The notes below the pieces were generated by a model. It was not told the DNA's origin and made no database searches. It saw only the letters and a list, made by a program, of their open reading frames with translations. A program made the translations under genes and the position numbers. Shown piece by piece: positions 46,777-56,180 of a stretch of DNA of 64,000 bases (its first letter is position 1; each line of letters starts with the position of its first letter). The stretch is from Pseudothermotoga sp. (lineage in GTDB: Bacteria > Thermotogota > Thermotogae > Thermotogales > DSM-5069): NCBI GenBank assembly GCA_031962025.1, contig JAVRKW010000002.1. One strand, written 5' to 3'.

Positions 46777-47448
46777 TCAGGTGCCGGGTTGCAGGTAAAT
46801 CAAGCTGTTTAGATAATTAACTAAATCGATGGCTTCCTTTGTCTTTGGTTCTAAATTCAAAATATCAAGAGGCGAAATCGATGAACCATAAAATTGCCTG
46901 TTTGCTTCCTCGTCAACCTGAACAACAGAACCCTGCAATGAGACTCCTGCGAAGAAACCTTTGCTGACCGAATACGAGTAGATAGATGCCTGAAGTTTGT
47001 AATCTGTATCGGCTGAAAGAGATCTTCCCATAGGTCCTGCTGCAATACTGACATTACCTCCGAGCGTCACATTGCTCGATGTAAAACTCTTCACGCTATC
47101 TTCGTTCATCAGCACAAGTACCAGACCCACATTCTGTATTCCAATCTGTGCGCCTATACTCAGACCGCTCAGCTTCACAAACAGAGGACCAAACCATCTG
47201 CCGGATGCAACGTTTCTTTTGAAAACCACACCTTCACCGTACTGACCACCGATTACAATGCCAACTTTGATCAAAGATGGGTAGATAGCTATGCCTTCAG
47301 ACTGGCGAAGAAGATCGAGAAAAGCACCGGAATCTGGTATGTTTGAAAGCTCCCTGATAATTGACAGAGCGCTGGTCAGTCGTTCTACTGGCGTTGCCGC
47401 AAAAACAAAGGGTGGAACCAGGAGCAACACAAGAACGATTTTTTTCAT
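46777..47448 (-). CDS. Secreted SYLF/Ysc84 lipid-binding domain protein
   Basis: Signal peptide, GGQYGEG, GAQIG, AGPMGR, YSYSVSKGFFAGVSL, NRQFYG. Confidence 0.85.
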   Translation of the reverse strand: MKKIVLVLLLVPPFVFAATPVERLTSALSIIRELSNIPDSGAFLDLLRQSEGIAIYPSLIKVGIVIGGQYGEGVVFKRNVASGRWFGPLFVKLSGLSIGAQIGIQNVGLVLVLMNEDSVKSFTSSNVTLGGNVSIAAGPMGRSLSADTDYKLQASIYSYSVSKGFFAGVSLQGSVVQVDEEANRQFYGSSISPLDILNLEPKTKEAIDLVNYLNSLIYLQPGT

Positions 47449-47541
47449 ACTTACACCTCCAGTGTTTTTATTTTACCACGATTTTACAATCCACCGGTTG
47501 AATACAAACAGCTTTCACACCTATTTGAGAGTGTATAATAA

Positions 47542-47763
<222 letters not shown>

Positions 47764-47791
47764 AAAAAGAGGCGGACACCCGCCTCTTTTT
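47764..47791 (+). terminator. Intrinsic terminator after ferredoxin
   Basis: AAAAAGAGGCGG-acac-CCGCCTCTTTTT. Confidence 0.8.
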
Positions 47792-47940
47792 CTTAATTTA
47801 ACAGAAAAATCGCCAACAAATAGGAAAGTTTTTAGAAGATAAACAATTCTGTTCCTTGAACTTTTTGAATGTAGTGTTCATAATATTATCTGTACCTGCC
47901 TGGTATTGTGTAAATCTGGCTTCGTGGGGAGCATATCTTT

Positions 47941-49269
47941 ATGAGAGAGAAAATAATCGAATCTCTAAAATCGAAACTCAATCGTCGGGTTTGGGAAAGC
48001 TGGTTTGGAACATTTGATGTCAAAGAAATTGGTGCTGAACGTGTGGTTTTCCAAGTGGGAAACCTGTTCATCAGAGACTGGCTCGAAAAAAAATATGGCT
48101 CTCTGATATCAAAAACACTGCGTGAATTATTTGGAAAGCAAATGGATTTTCAGATAGAATATGCTCCAATCCAATCGCAGGAAGAATCCGAACAGGACGA
48201 GCCTTTGGTGAAAAAAAGACCCCTGATCCTCACTCCTCTCAATCCAATTCTGACCTTTGAAAATTTCGTCGTGGGTCCAAACAACATGTTCGCATACAGC
48301 ACAGCTCTTGAAGTCGCTAAAAATCCAGGAAAGTATAATCCACTATTTTTGCACGGTGGTGTTGGACTTGGAAAAACACACCTGATACAGGCAATTGGAC
48401 ACTATTTGTTCAAAAACGAACCAGATCTCAGGGTGATATACCTCACCAGTGAAAGGTTCTTGAATGAACTTGTAGACTCAATCAAAAAGAACAAAGTACA
48501 GGAATTCAGAGAAAGATTTAGAAATAAAATCGACGTTTTATTGCTCGATGACGTACAGTTTTTGATAGGCAAATCCGGGATACAAACGGAGTTATTTCAC
48601 ACTTTCAACGAGCTGTACAATTGTGGCAAGCAAATAGTGGTATGTTCCGACCGCGATCCCCAACAGCTTGAAAAGTTTCAGGACAGACTCATATCCCGAT
48701 TCCAGATGGGTGTCATCGCCAAAATAGAAAAACCAGACGAAGAAACCTGCTTGAAAATAGCAAATAAAATGGTACAGCTCGAAGGCGCTCAATTGAGAGA
48801 AGATGTACTGAAATTGGTGGCAAACCATTTTTCGGACAACCTGAGAAGACTGCGCGGTGCACTGATAAAACTCATCATGTACCAGCAAATTTCCAACGAA
48901 GTAGTAGACGTTCAAAAAGCAGTAGAACTGCTCGATGTATCATCATTTCAGGTGAAAAAAGCCCTACCAGAAGAAAAGTTGATCGATGCGCTGTGCAAAA
49001 CCTTTGGCGTGACTGAGCAGGAAATTCTTGGCAGGAGCAGAAAGCAGACAGTAACCAACGCAAGACAAATTGGAATGTTCATTGCAAAAAACCATTTTGG
49101 TCTTTCGCTCAGGCAGGTCGCAGAATTGTTCAACAGATCCCACCCAACCGTCTCGCACACAATACAAAAAGTAGAAGAACTGCTCAACAGCGGAAACATC
49201 GCTGTGAAAAACCAGATCGATCAGCTCGTCAAATACTTAACAGACCGCGTCTCAAACCAGTCTGTTTGA
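47941..49269 (+). CDS. dnaA: Chromosomal replication initiator
   Basis: TFENFVVG, YNPLFLHGGVGLGKTHL, DDVQF, QTELFHTFN, domain IV ARQI.M..HPTV. Confidence 0.96.
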   Translation: MREKIIESLKSKLNRRVWESWFGTFDVKEIGAERVVFQVGNLFIRDWLEKKYGSLISKTLRELFGKQMDFQIEYAPIQSQEESEQDEPLVKKRPLILTPLNPILTFENFVVGPNNMFAYSTALEVAKNPGKYNPLFLHGGVGLGKTHLIQAIGHYLFKNEPDLRVIYLTSERFLNELVDSIKKNKVQEFRERFRNKIDVLLLDDVQFLIGKSGIQTELFHTFNELYNCGKQIVVCSDRDPQQLEKFQDRLISRFQMGVIAKIEKPDEETCLKIANKMVQLEGAQLREDVLKLVANHFSDNLRRLRGALIKLIMYQQISNEVVDVQKAVELLDVSSFQVKKALPEEKLIDALCKTFGVTEQEILGRSRKQTVTNARQIGMFIAKNHFGLSLRQVAELFNRSHPTVSHTIQKVEELLNSGNIAVKNQIDQLVKYLTDRVSNQSV

Positions 49270-49362
49270 GCTTCCTCTGAAAATTCTCAGTGATTTTCTT
49301 TTTTTGTGTATAATTATTTTGTAAAAATCATCTGCTGAAATTTGAATAAAATGAGGTGAACT

Positions 49363-50643
49363 ATGAAGCTGATTGTTGAAATGCCACTGGAATCTTTTGT
49401 CAGCGTTTTCAGTCAAATGAACCACTCAGAGTACAAAAACTTCATAAAACATTCTTTACAGGTTGCAAAGCTGGCAAGAAAAATCGCCAATATGCTGAAT
49501 CTTCCCATAATCTCTGACAGTTTTTATCTTGCTGGTATGCTGCACGACATAGGTCTTGCAGTGAAAGCTTCGGTGGAAAACTACGAATTATTCGTGGATA
49601 TGTTTAGAAACGTGTCAGATCTTGAAAAAATAGTCCTCACATTTGATAAAGCCGACAAACACGCCTTAATCTCCTATGTGATTTGCTCGAAGACAAAGCT
49701 TTTATGCCCGTTGTGCGCAAAAGGTGTACTTTATCACCATACCCCATACCAGAAAATTTCCGAAAACGACGATGAAGTGATACACTTTGCCAACTGTATA
49801 AAAGCTGCAGATATTGTCTCCTTGACCTTTTTGAAATATGAACAGAATGAATTGACCGTCGATCTGCTCGAAAAAATGATAGACTCCGTACAGAAGGATG
49901 AAGGCATTCTTCAGGACGTCAAAGAAGCTACATTGGAGATCTTAAAAGATTATAGATGTATATGTCAAATGCTCGATGATGAACACAGATTCAGTTCTCA
50001 AAGGTTTTTGACTCTGGAAGAATACGAACAGGCAGCACGAATATTGGCAACATTACTTGATCTGCGAAGTCCATATACGCGAAATCATACCTTTCTTGTT
50101 GCCAAATTTGCCAAAATGATCGCTTCAGAAATACTATCAGAAGAAGACGCCAGACTGATGAGTGTAGCCGCATTTTTACACGACCTTGGTAAGCTCAAAA
50201 CACCTTTGACTGTTCTGCACAAAAAGGGAAGATTGGATGAAAAAGAACTCATCATAATGAGAAAACACGTGGTAGACGCCTACATGATTTTAGAAAAAGC
50301 AGGACTTTTGGATATTGCAAATATTTCTTGTGCACATCATGAGAGACTGGATGGAACAGGTTATCCAACAGGTTTGAAAAAAGACCAAACTTCGATCTTT
50401 CAAAGGATAATCCAGATCTGTGATGTGTTTTCAGCTCTTGTTGAACACAGACCATACAGAGAAGCAATGTCAATTTCTGAGGCATTTTCAGTTATCGAAA
50501 AAGAAGTAATCGAAGGAAAACTGGACGGAACAGTGTACGATAAATTAAAAGAAGTAACCAGAAATATACCCTTTGAGGAAGAAGTGACCTTCCATGATGC
50601 GCTCAAGGCATTAGCTGGTGTCGATTTTAGTGAAATCAAATGA
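49363..50643 (+). CDS. Tandem HD / HD-GYP protein, putative cyclic-di-nucleotide phosphodiesterase
   Basis: N-terminal HS..LHDIG..HH; C-terminal [22 protein letters not shown]. Confidence 0.85.
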   Translation: MKLIVEMPLESFVSVFSQMNHSEYKNFIKHSLQVAKLARKIANMLNLPIISDSFYLAGMLHDIGLAVKASVENYELFVDMFRNVSDLEKIVLTFDKADKHALISYVICSKTKLLCPLCAKGVLYHHTPYQKISENDDEVIHFANCIKAADIVSLTFLKYEQNELTVDLLEKMIDSVQKDEGILQDVKEATLEILKDYRCICQMLDDEHRFSSQRFLTLEEYEQAARILATLLDLRSPYTRNHTFLVAKFAKMIASEILSEEDARLMSVAAFLHDLGKLKTPLTVLHKKGRLDEKELIIMRKHVVDAYMILEKAGLLDIANISCAHHERLDGTGYPTGLKKDQTSIFQRIIQICDVFSALVEHRPYREAMSISEAFSVIEKEVIEGKLDGTVYDKLKEVTRNIPFEEEVTFHDALKALAGVDFSEIK

Positions 50644-50665
50644 AAAAGCTGAGGAGGGATGGCTT

Positions 50666-52486
50666 GTGAAGGGCTTTGTGGTCAATGTATGGTTTCAAAC
50701 CTGGAGCAAACTCTTTGGTTCTGAGATCGTAAGAAAATTGAGAGAAAAGCACGGTATCGATCCAGAAAAAGTTTACAGTCCAGTAGAAGATGTACCAGAT
50801 AGTCTTCCAATAGAGATTTCAAAAGATCTCGCTTCTTTGAAAGGGTTGAGCTACGACGAACTCTGGTACAAGACAGGAAAAGAAAACCTCAAAACCTTTT
50901 TTGAACACTATCCGGAATATTTCAAAAAAACAAGTTTTCTGTCTTTTATGGCTACCATGGATGCAGTTCACAGAGTCCTCACCAAAAGAATCAAGGGTGC
51001 AACACCACCAAGAGTTTTTTTCAAACTTCTGAGTGATAAAAAAGCTGTTATCAGATATCAATCACGCCGAGATTTTAAAAAGTACTTTCTGGGTTTGATG
51101 GATGGAGCATCAGAGTTTTTCAACGATCCTATTAAATACAGTATAGCCTCCGAAGGTACCACAGATGGTCAAAATTACCTGCAAGTCGAAGTCCAAGCCA
51201 CGAAAAGTTACGGAAACTTTGAAAAAATCAAAGGTTTAGCTGGTCTTGGTATCGGTTTCATCAAATCGTTGATACCAGTTTATGTGCTGATGCTGCCGAT
51301 TTACACATTTATAATAACATTGATTTCTTTCAAATTCATCCCTTCAAATATCTATATCAAATCACTTGTGAGCGCGGCTGGTGTTTTCATCCTTTCCTTT
51401 TTGGGCATGAACAGTTTTAAAAAAGGTGTCAAAGCTGTAAACAGCGCTATTGAGTCAGTATCAAAAAAAGACCTGGACAATCCAACTTCAATAGATGGAA
51501 TAAAGGAATTCTCGGACCTTTCCAGTTCGCTCACAAAGGCTGTAGATAATGTCAAAGAAGTGTTTCTGGCTATATCTGGAGATGTTCAGGAAATAAATTC
51601 TTATTCTGAAAGAGTTATCACCGCGGTCAATGCCATGAGAGAACAACTCGACACGATGGGCTCACTTTCAAACGAAATAGCAAATACCGCTGTTCAGATA
51701 AGCAATGACACAGAGAGAATATCAAATGCTGTCAGTTCCAATGTCGAAACTATAACATCTATCATTTCTGAACAAACTCAGATAATCAATTCCCTGAACG
51801 ACGCCGTTTCGCTGATAGTTAACTCTGCAAGTAACGTGGAACAATCGGCAGATGGCATCGTAAAAATGAGCGAGAGATTTTCCAAGCTGGTAGAAGAAGG
51901 AAAAGAGCTTCAGAACCAGGCAAGTCTCATTATGGAAGTTGCTTCAACCGTTTCAAGTATAGCAGAACAGACAAACCTTCTGGCACTCAACGCCGCAATA
52001 GAAGCGGCTCGAAGTGGAGAAGCAGGCAGGGGTTTCGCAGTCGTAGCAGATGAAATAAGAAAACTCGCCGAAGAAAGCAGGGCTTCAGCGGCAAAGATCT
52101 CTGAATTTCTAAGTTCAATCACTTCTGGTATTGAAAAACTCGGGAAAACCATCCAGTCAGAATTCAATGAAATGAAAGAGCAATCCAGAAAATTACTCGA
52201 AAGCTCTGAAAGAAACAAAGAATCGAGTAATGTAATCTCTTCTATCTCTCAAAAACTCAACACACTCATAGAGACATTGAACAATCAAGCCAACAGTCTC
52301 AATGGTATTACCAACAGTATTCAAAACCTGCTTGCAATATCTGAGGAAAGTTCAGCAACAGCAGAGGAAATAAGCTCCTCAATCCAAAACTTCTTCTCAC
52401 AGCTCAAAGTGGTCCTCGACAGCGTTAACGAAACAGTCAGACTGCTCTCTGTGATAAAAGAAAACTTTGAGGGTATAAAACTGTGA
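50666..52486 (+). CDS. H-NOX domain methyl-accepting chemotaxis protein
   Basis: MKG start after GGAGG, H102, PP115, YxSxR; two TM segments; MCP core [38 protein letters not shown]. Confidence 0.92.
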   Translation: MKGFVVNVWFQTWSKLFGSEIVRKLREKHGIDPEKVYSPVEDVPDSLPIEISKDLASLKGLSYDELWYKTGKENLKTFFEHYPEYFKKTSFLSFMATMDAVHRVLTKRIKGATPPRVFFKLLSDKKAVIRYQSRRDFKKYFLGLMDGASEFFNDPIKYSIASEGTTDGQNYLQVEVQATKSYGNFEKIKGLAGLGIGFIKSLIPVYVLMLPIYTFIITLISFKFIPSNIYIKSLVSAAGVFILSFLGMNSFKKGVKAVNSAIESVSKKDLDNPTSIDGIKEFSDLSSSLTKAVDNVKEVFLAISGDVQEINSYSERVITAVNAMREQLDTMGSLSNEIANTAVQISNDTERISNAVSSNVETITSIISEQTQIINSLNDAVSLIVNSASNVEQSADGIVKMSERFSKLVEEGKELQNQASLIMEVASTVSSIAEQTNLLALNAAIEAARSGEAGRGFAVVADEIRKLAEESRASAAKISEFLSSITSGIEKLGKTIQSEFNEMKEQSRKLLESSERNKESSNVISSISQKLNTLIETLNNQANSLNGITNSIQNLLAISEESSATAEEISSSIQNFFSQLKVVLDSVNETVRLLSVIKENFEGIKL

Positions 52487-52491
52487 CCAAC

Positions 52492-52524
52492 AAAAGGACG
52501 CCGAAGAATAGCCGGCGTCCTTTT
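52492..52524 (+). terminator. Intrinsic terminator after the MCP gene
   Basis: AAAAGGACGCCG-9 nt-CGGCGTCCTTTT. Confidence 0.8.
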
Positions 52525-52674
52525 GATTTCACCATAAATCCTGCCATTCATCCACATATATCTTAACACATCTGTGAACTAAATACAAATTTATCTTCAC
52601 AAATAAAATTTAGACTTTCCTGTGAAGTTGTATATTCTAATTTTATTTTTTGCTTATTTGTGGAGGGGTATGCC

Positions 52675-52839
52675 TTGTACTACAGATGTCCTAACTGTGG
52701 ACAGATGTATTATTCAGCTGCTGTACTTGAAGACGAACAACTAAACTGTGAAAAATGTGGAGCAAAAGTAGAGCCAGTTTCGAACAATCCTCAGCAAACA
52801 GATGCAAAAAACTCTGAACAAAAACAACAAAAGTTTTAA
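52675..52839 (+). CDS. Small zinc-ribbon protein, 54 aa, absent from the ORF track
   Basis: GGAGG at 52662-52666 then TTG. Translates as MYYRCPNCGQMYYSAAVLEDEQLNCEKCGAKVEPVSNNPQQTDAKNSEQKQQKF (CxxC-x16-CxxC). Confidence 0.7.
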   Translation: MYYRCPNCGQMYYSAAVLEDEQLNCEKCGAKVEPVSNNPQQTDAKNSEQKQQKF

Positions 52840-53209
52840 AGATGATTTTTTCTCAAGAAATGAAAATTTCATTTTTCCCATTACAGAGTGAAAACTTTCG
52901 CGAGATAGAAGGCATTCTCTGAAAAAATAGCGAGTCATTGAGTATAATCAAATCACCTGTTTAGAAAGATAAATTTTTTGATGGCAGAATGCTTAAACAT
53001 CTGATTAATTGTGATACTGCAACAGATTTCTTATCACACGCATAAAAACAGCAAAATTGTTAACCTCCTGTGCAACCTGATTTTCTCGTTTTATCGTTTT
53101 TTACGCTAAATAAACCAGAAAGCACATTCCACTTATGGTATTGCGATGAATGACTGTTTTCCATTATCGTCGTGGCAAGTAGAGTTAATGATATTCAAGC
53201 TTTGAAATA

Positions 53210-53314
53210 TCAAATTTCATCCACGTGATTTTCAAATTTCCCTTCGTATTTAAAAGCCGTACCGACGATAGCCCCGTCTGCGATCTTTTCTGAAATTAAA
53301 CTTTCCACGGTCAA
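53210..53314 (-). pseudogene. Relic of the 3' end of a BtpA/SgcQ-family gene
   Basis: Minus frame reads LTVESLISEKIADGAIVGTAFKYEGKFENHVDEI*, resembling the family motif ADGxIVGTxFKxxGxxxNxVD. Frame closed by a stop just upstream. Confidence 0.5.
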
Positions 53315-53615
53315 AAAGCAGAAAAACTGTCAGAAAATGGCTTCATGCCAGATCAGTATATGTGTAAGAAAAATGGTCTTTGAAAAGTGAATACAAATTC
53401 AGGGAAAATCATTCAAAAAATCAAATCATGATACCACAACAAAATGACAAATCTTATTCAAACCAGTATGCTTGAATGTATTTTTTCTACAAGATAAGGT
53501 ATGATAAAATGAACTTGGAAAACACCCCGTGTTCCTCAAAACCTAAAAAACACAATCCAACCAGACATCTGTTTTTCATGCATTAAATACTGTTCTTTGA
53601 ATTTGGGGGGATGGT

Positions 53616-54401
53616 ATGAGATTAGAAATTCTTTTTAAAACACCAGTTTGTTCCATTCCAATAAATTATCATTATCAGCTGTGCAGTTTTGTGTACAAGA
53701 GGTTGAAGCACACAGACAGTGATTTTGAAAGTTTTCTGCATGAAAAGGGTTTTAAAGGATTTAGATTATTCACTTTTTCACAGTTATTCTTCAATAAATC
53801 CGCTGTAAAAGGCAATTCACTTCTGATATGGTCATCAACAGGGAGATGGTATGTATCATCTATAAGCGAAGATTTTTTAATGTTCTTTTTCTCTTCCTTA
53901 ATTGAAATTCCACAGATAGAAATCGAAGGGACCGTATTCCCAATAAAAGAGGTTAACCTTTTGCCACAACCACAGATTGATGAACAGATGGAGTTTTTCA
54001 TGCTTTCCCCTTTGGTAGTCAGCACACCTGTTGACCAAAACGGGAAACTCTACCACAAATTTCTCTTTCCGGGAGATGAAAAATTTGAAGAAATACTGAG
54101 CAGAAATTTAGTTAAAAAATATGAGGCTTTTTACGGTGAAAAAGTCGATGCGACGGTCTTCATAGAGCCTGACTGGGAATACATAAAGAAACGAAACAAA
54201 ATCACAAAACTCATAGACATAAAAGGAATAAAGATCAAAGGATCTATTTTCCCGTTCAAAGCAAAAGGTGATTCAAGGTTGTTGAAAATGGGCTACGAAG
54301 TTGGCTTTGGTGAAAGAAACAGCCTTGGATTTGGAATGGTTGAAGTTTCAAAAAAAGAATTTCAGCAAAGACCAACAAAGAGAATTTTCAACATCAATTA
54401 G
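53616..54401 (+). CDS. cas6: CRISPR-associated endoribonuclease Cas6
   Basis: IPINY, FTFS, LSPLVV, G-loop GFGERNSLGFGMV. Confidence 0.93.
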   Translation: MRLEILFKTPVCSIPINYHYQLCSFVYKRLKHTDSDFESFLHEKGFKGFRLFTFSQLFFNKSAVKGNSLLIWSSTGRWYVSSISEDFLMFFFSSLIEIPQIEIEGTVFPIKEVNLLPQPQIDEQMEFFMLSPLVVSTPVDQNGKLYHKFLFPGDEKFEEILSRNLVKKYEAFYGEKVDATVFIEPDWEYIKKRNKITKLIDIKGIKIKGSIFPFKAKGDSRLLKMGYEVGFGERNSLGFGMVEVSKKEFQQRPTKRIFNIN

Positions 54402-54412
54402 GAGTGAATTTG

Positions 54413-54904
54413 ATGATCACAGGCACGGTACTGTTGAGCTCAACTGTGTGTGAAAGAGAAGCTTGGTTGATTGCTCATCAAATAGAGCCGGATCAATCCA
54501 ATCCGTTCATAGAAATAGGAAGGTTGATACACACGGAAAGTTACAGAACTAACCAGATAAGAGAAATATCTCTGCCCGGCATGAAAATGGACATGATTTA
54601 TGAACAGGGACAAATAGTGATTGTCGGTGAAATCAAAAAATCATCAAGATTTCTTAAAGGAGCACGAATTCAGTTGCTTTATTATCTGGATGAAATGCAA
54701 AAAAGAGGAGTAAATGCAACTGGCAAAATTCTCATTCCAAAAGAGAAAAAACAAATAACCGTTACACTCGACGAACAATCTAAAGAACAATTGCATGAAG
54801 CTATCAAAGCGGCTGAAAAGATCGTTTGTCTACCAAAGCCACCGGAAAAGAAAAGATCAACCTTCTGCTCTAAATGTGGCTATGAAGAATTCTGCTGGTC
54901 TTGA
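54413..54904 (+). CDS. cas4: CRISPR-associated exonuclease Cas4
   Basis: ITGT..VCEREAW, D..EIKKS, QL.YYL, CSKCGYEEFC Fe-S motif. Start set at the ATG after AGGAG. Confidence 0.93.
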   Translation: MITGTVLLSSTVCEREAWLIAHQIEPDQSNPFIEIGRLIHTESYRTNQIREISLPGMKMDMIYEQGQIVIVGEIKKSSRFLKGARIQLLYYLDEMQKRGVNATGKILIPKEKKQITVTLDEQSKEQLHEAIKAAEKIVCLPKPPEKKRSTFCSKCGYEEFCWS

Positions 54905-54913
54905 GGTGATCAC

Positions 54914-55897
54914 ATGGCAGAACCGATTTACATTTTTTCAAATGGAACTTTAAGGCGCATGGAAAACACCATTGTACTGGAAACCGAGAGCGGGAAAAGG
55001 CACATTCCAGTGGAAAATGTCTCTGAGATATGTGTTTTTTCAGAGATTGATTTGAACAAAAGATTACTTGAGTTTTTAACTGAAAAAAACATCTTAGTCC
55101 ATTTCTTCAACCACTTTGGGTATTATGTCGGAAGTTATTATCCAAGAGAATTTCTAAACTCCGGTCTTGTCATACTCAAACAAGCCGAACACTACCTTGA
55201 TAAAGAAAAAAGGCTCTTTCTTTCAAGAATGCTTGTCAAAGGTGCATTGTTGAACATCGTCAACACTTTGAGAAAATACAACGATGATGATCGTTTAACC
55301 GATAAAATTCAATCAATCAGAAATCATGTAGAAAATCTCACAATGTGCTCTGATGTAGAACAATTAATGGCTCTTGAAGGAAATGCCCGTCAGATCTATT
55401 ACAATTGTTTTGATGAGATGATAAAATCTGCCGATTTTAAATTCGATTCTCGTACCAAAAGACCACCAGAAAATGAAATGAATGCCCTTGTGAGTTTTGG
55501 CAACAGTCTGTTGTACACAACGGTACTTTCCCAAATATACAGAACTCATTTAGATCCAAGAATCGGCTATTTGCACACAACGAACAACCGCAGATTCACC
55601 TTAAACCTTGATATCGCAGAGATCTTTAAACCCATCATTGTAGACAGATTGATATTCACGTTAATCAACAGAAAACAGATCAAACCTACCGATTTTCACC
55701 AGATAACCGGCGGCATATCGATGAAAGAAAACGCAAAAAAACTGTTCGTTCAGTCTTTTGAAGAAAGGCTCAAGGAAAGCATTATGCACAGTAAACTCAA
55801 AAGATATGTCTCCTATCGCTCTTTAATAAGAATGGAAGCTTACAAAGTGGAAAAACACATTCTCGAAGACGAGGAATATGAACCATACATTGGGTGA
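54914..55897 (+). CDS. cas1: Type I-B Cas1
   Basis: YIFSNGTL, HFFN..GYYVGSYYPRE, EG..RQ.YY, RPPEN..NAL.SFGN, GYLH, LDIAEIFKP. Confidence 0.96.
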   Translation: MAEPIYIFSNGTLRRMENTIVLETESGKRHIPVENVSEICVFSEIDLNKRLLEFLTEKNILVHFFNHFGYYVGSYYPREFLNSGLVILKQAEHYLDKEKRLFLSRMLVKGALLNIVNTLRKYNDDDRLTDKIQSIRNHVENLTMCSDVEQLMALEGNARQIYYNCFDEMIKSADFKFDSRTKRPPENEMNALVSFGNSLLYTTVLSQIYRTHLDPRIGYLHTTNNRRFTLNLDIAEIFKPIIVDRLIFTLINRKQIKPTDFHQITGGISMKENAKKLFVQSFEERLKESIMHSKLKRYVSYRSLIRMEAYKVEKHILEDEEYEPYIG

Positions 55898-56166
55898 TCA
55901 TTTTGTACTTGATAGTCACTTACGATGTTGAGCAGGAACGTGTTGGAAAGATCTTAAAAATATGCAGAAAATACCTGAACTGGGTACAAAATTCCGTCTT
56001 CGAAGGCGAAATCACCACTGCAAAATTTGAAAAATTGAAATTAGAACTACAGAGAAACATTGAAAAATCAACAGATTCTATCAGGTTCTACATTCTCAAA
56101 GACAAAAACCTGATCAATCTGGAAATACTCGGTCAGGACAAAGGCATCACCAGTTTCATATATTGA
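55894..56166 (+). CDS. cas2: Cas2 (start may be TTG 55903)
   Basis: YLIVTYDV, YLNWVQNSVFEG, DSIRFY. Confidence 0.95.
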   Translation: MIILYLIVTYDVEQERVGKILKICRKYLNWVQNSVFEGEITTAKFEKLKLELQRNIEKSTDSIRFYILKDKNLINLEILGQDKGITSFIY

Positions 56167-56180
56167 TGGGGGTGAGAGAT

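Noticed and set aside
52571..52603. Rex-like site upstream of the zinc-ribbon ORF
   Set aside because: Half-sites TGTGAA and TTCACAA are present, but spacing and the second arm do not fit.
53034..53069. Strong RBS plus mini-ORF as a CreT-like toxin RNA
   Set aside because: No tandem rare codons, no clear stabilising hairpin, and no complementarity found to the leader pseudo-spacer; better explained as a relic.
53340..53615. Degenerate repeats or a guide target in the cas6 promoter region
   Set aside because: Only short matches such as TTGGAAAAC, expected by chance in AT-rich DNA.
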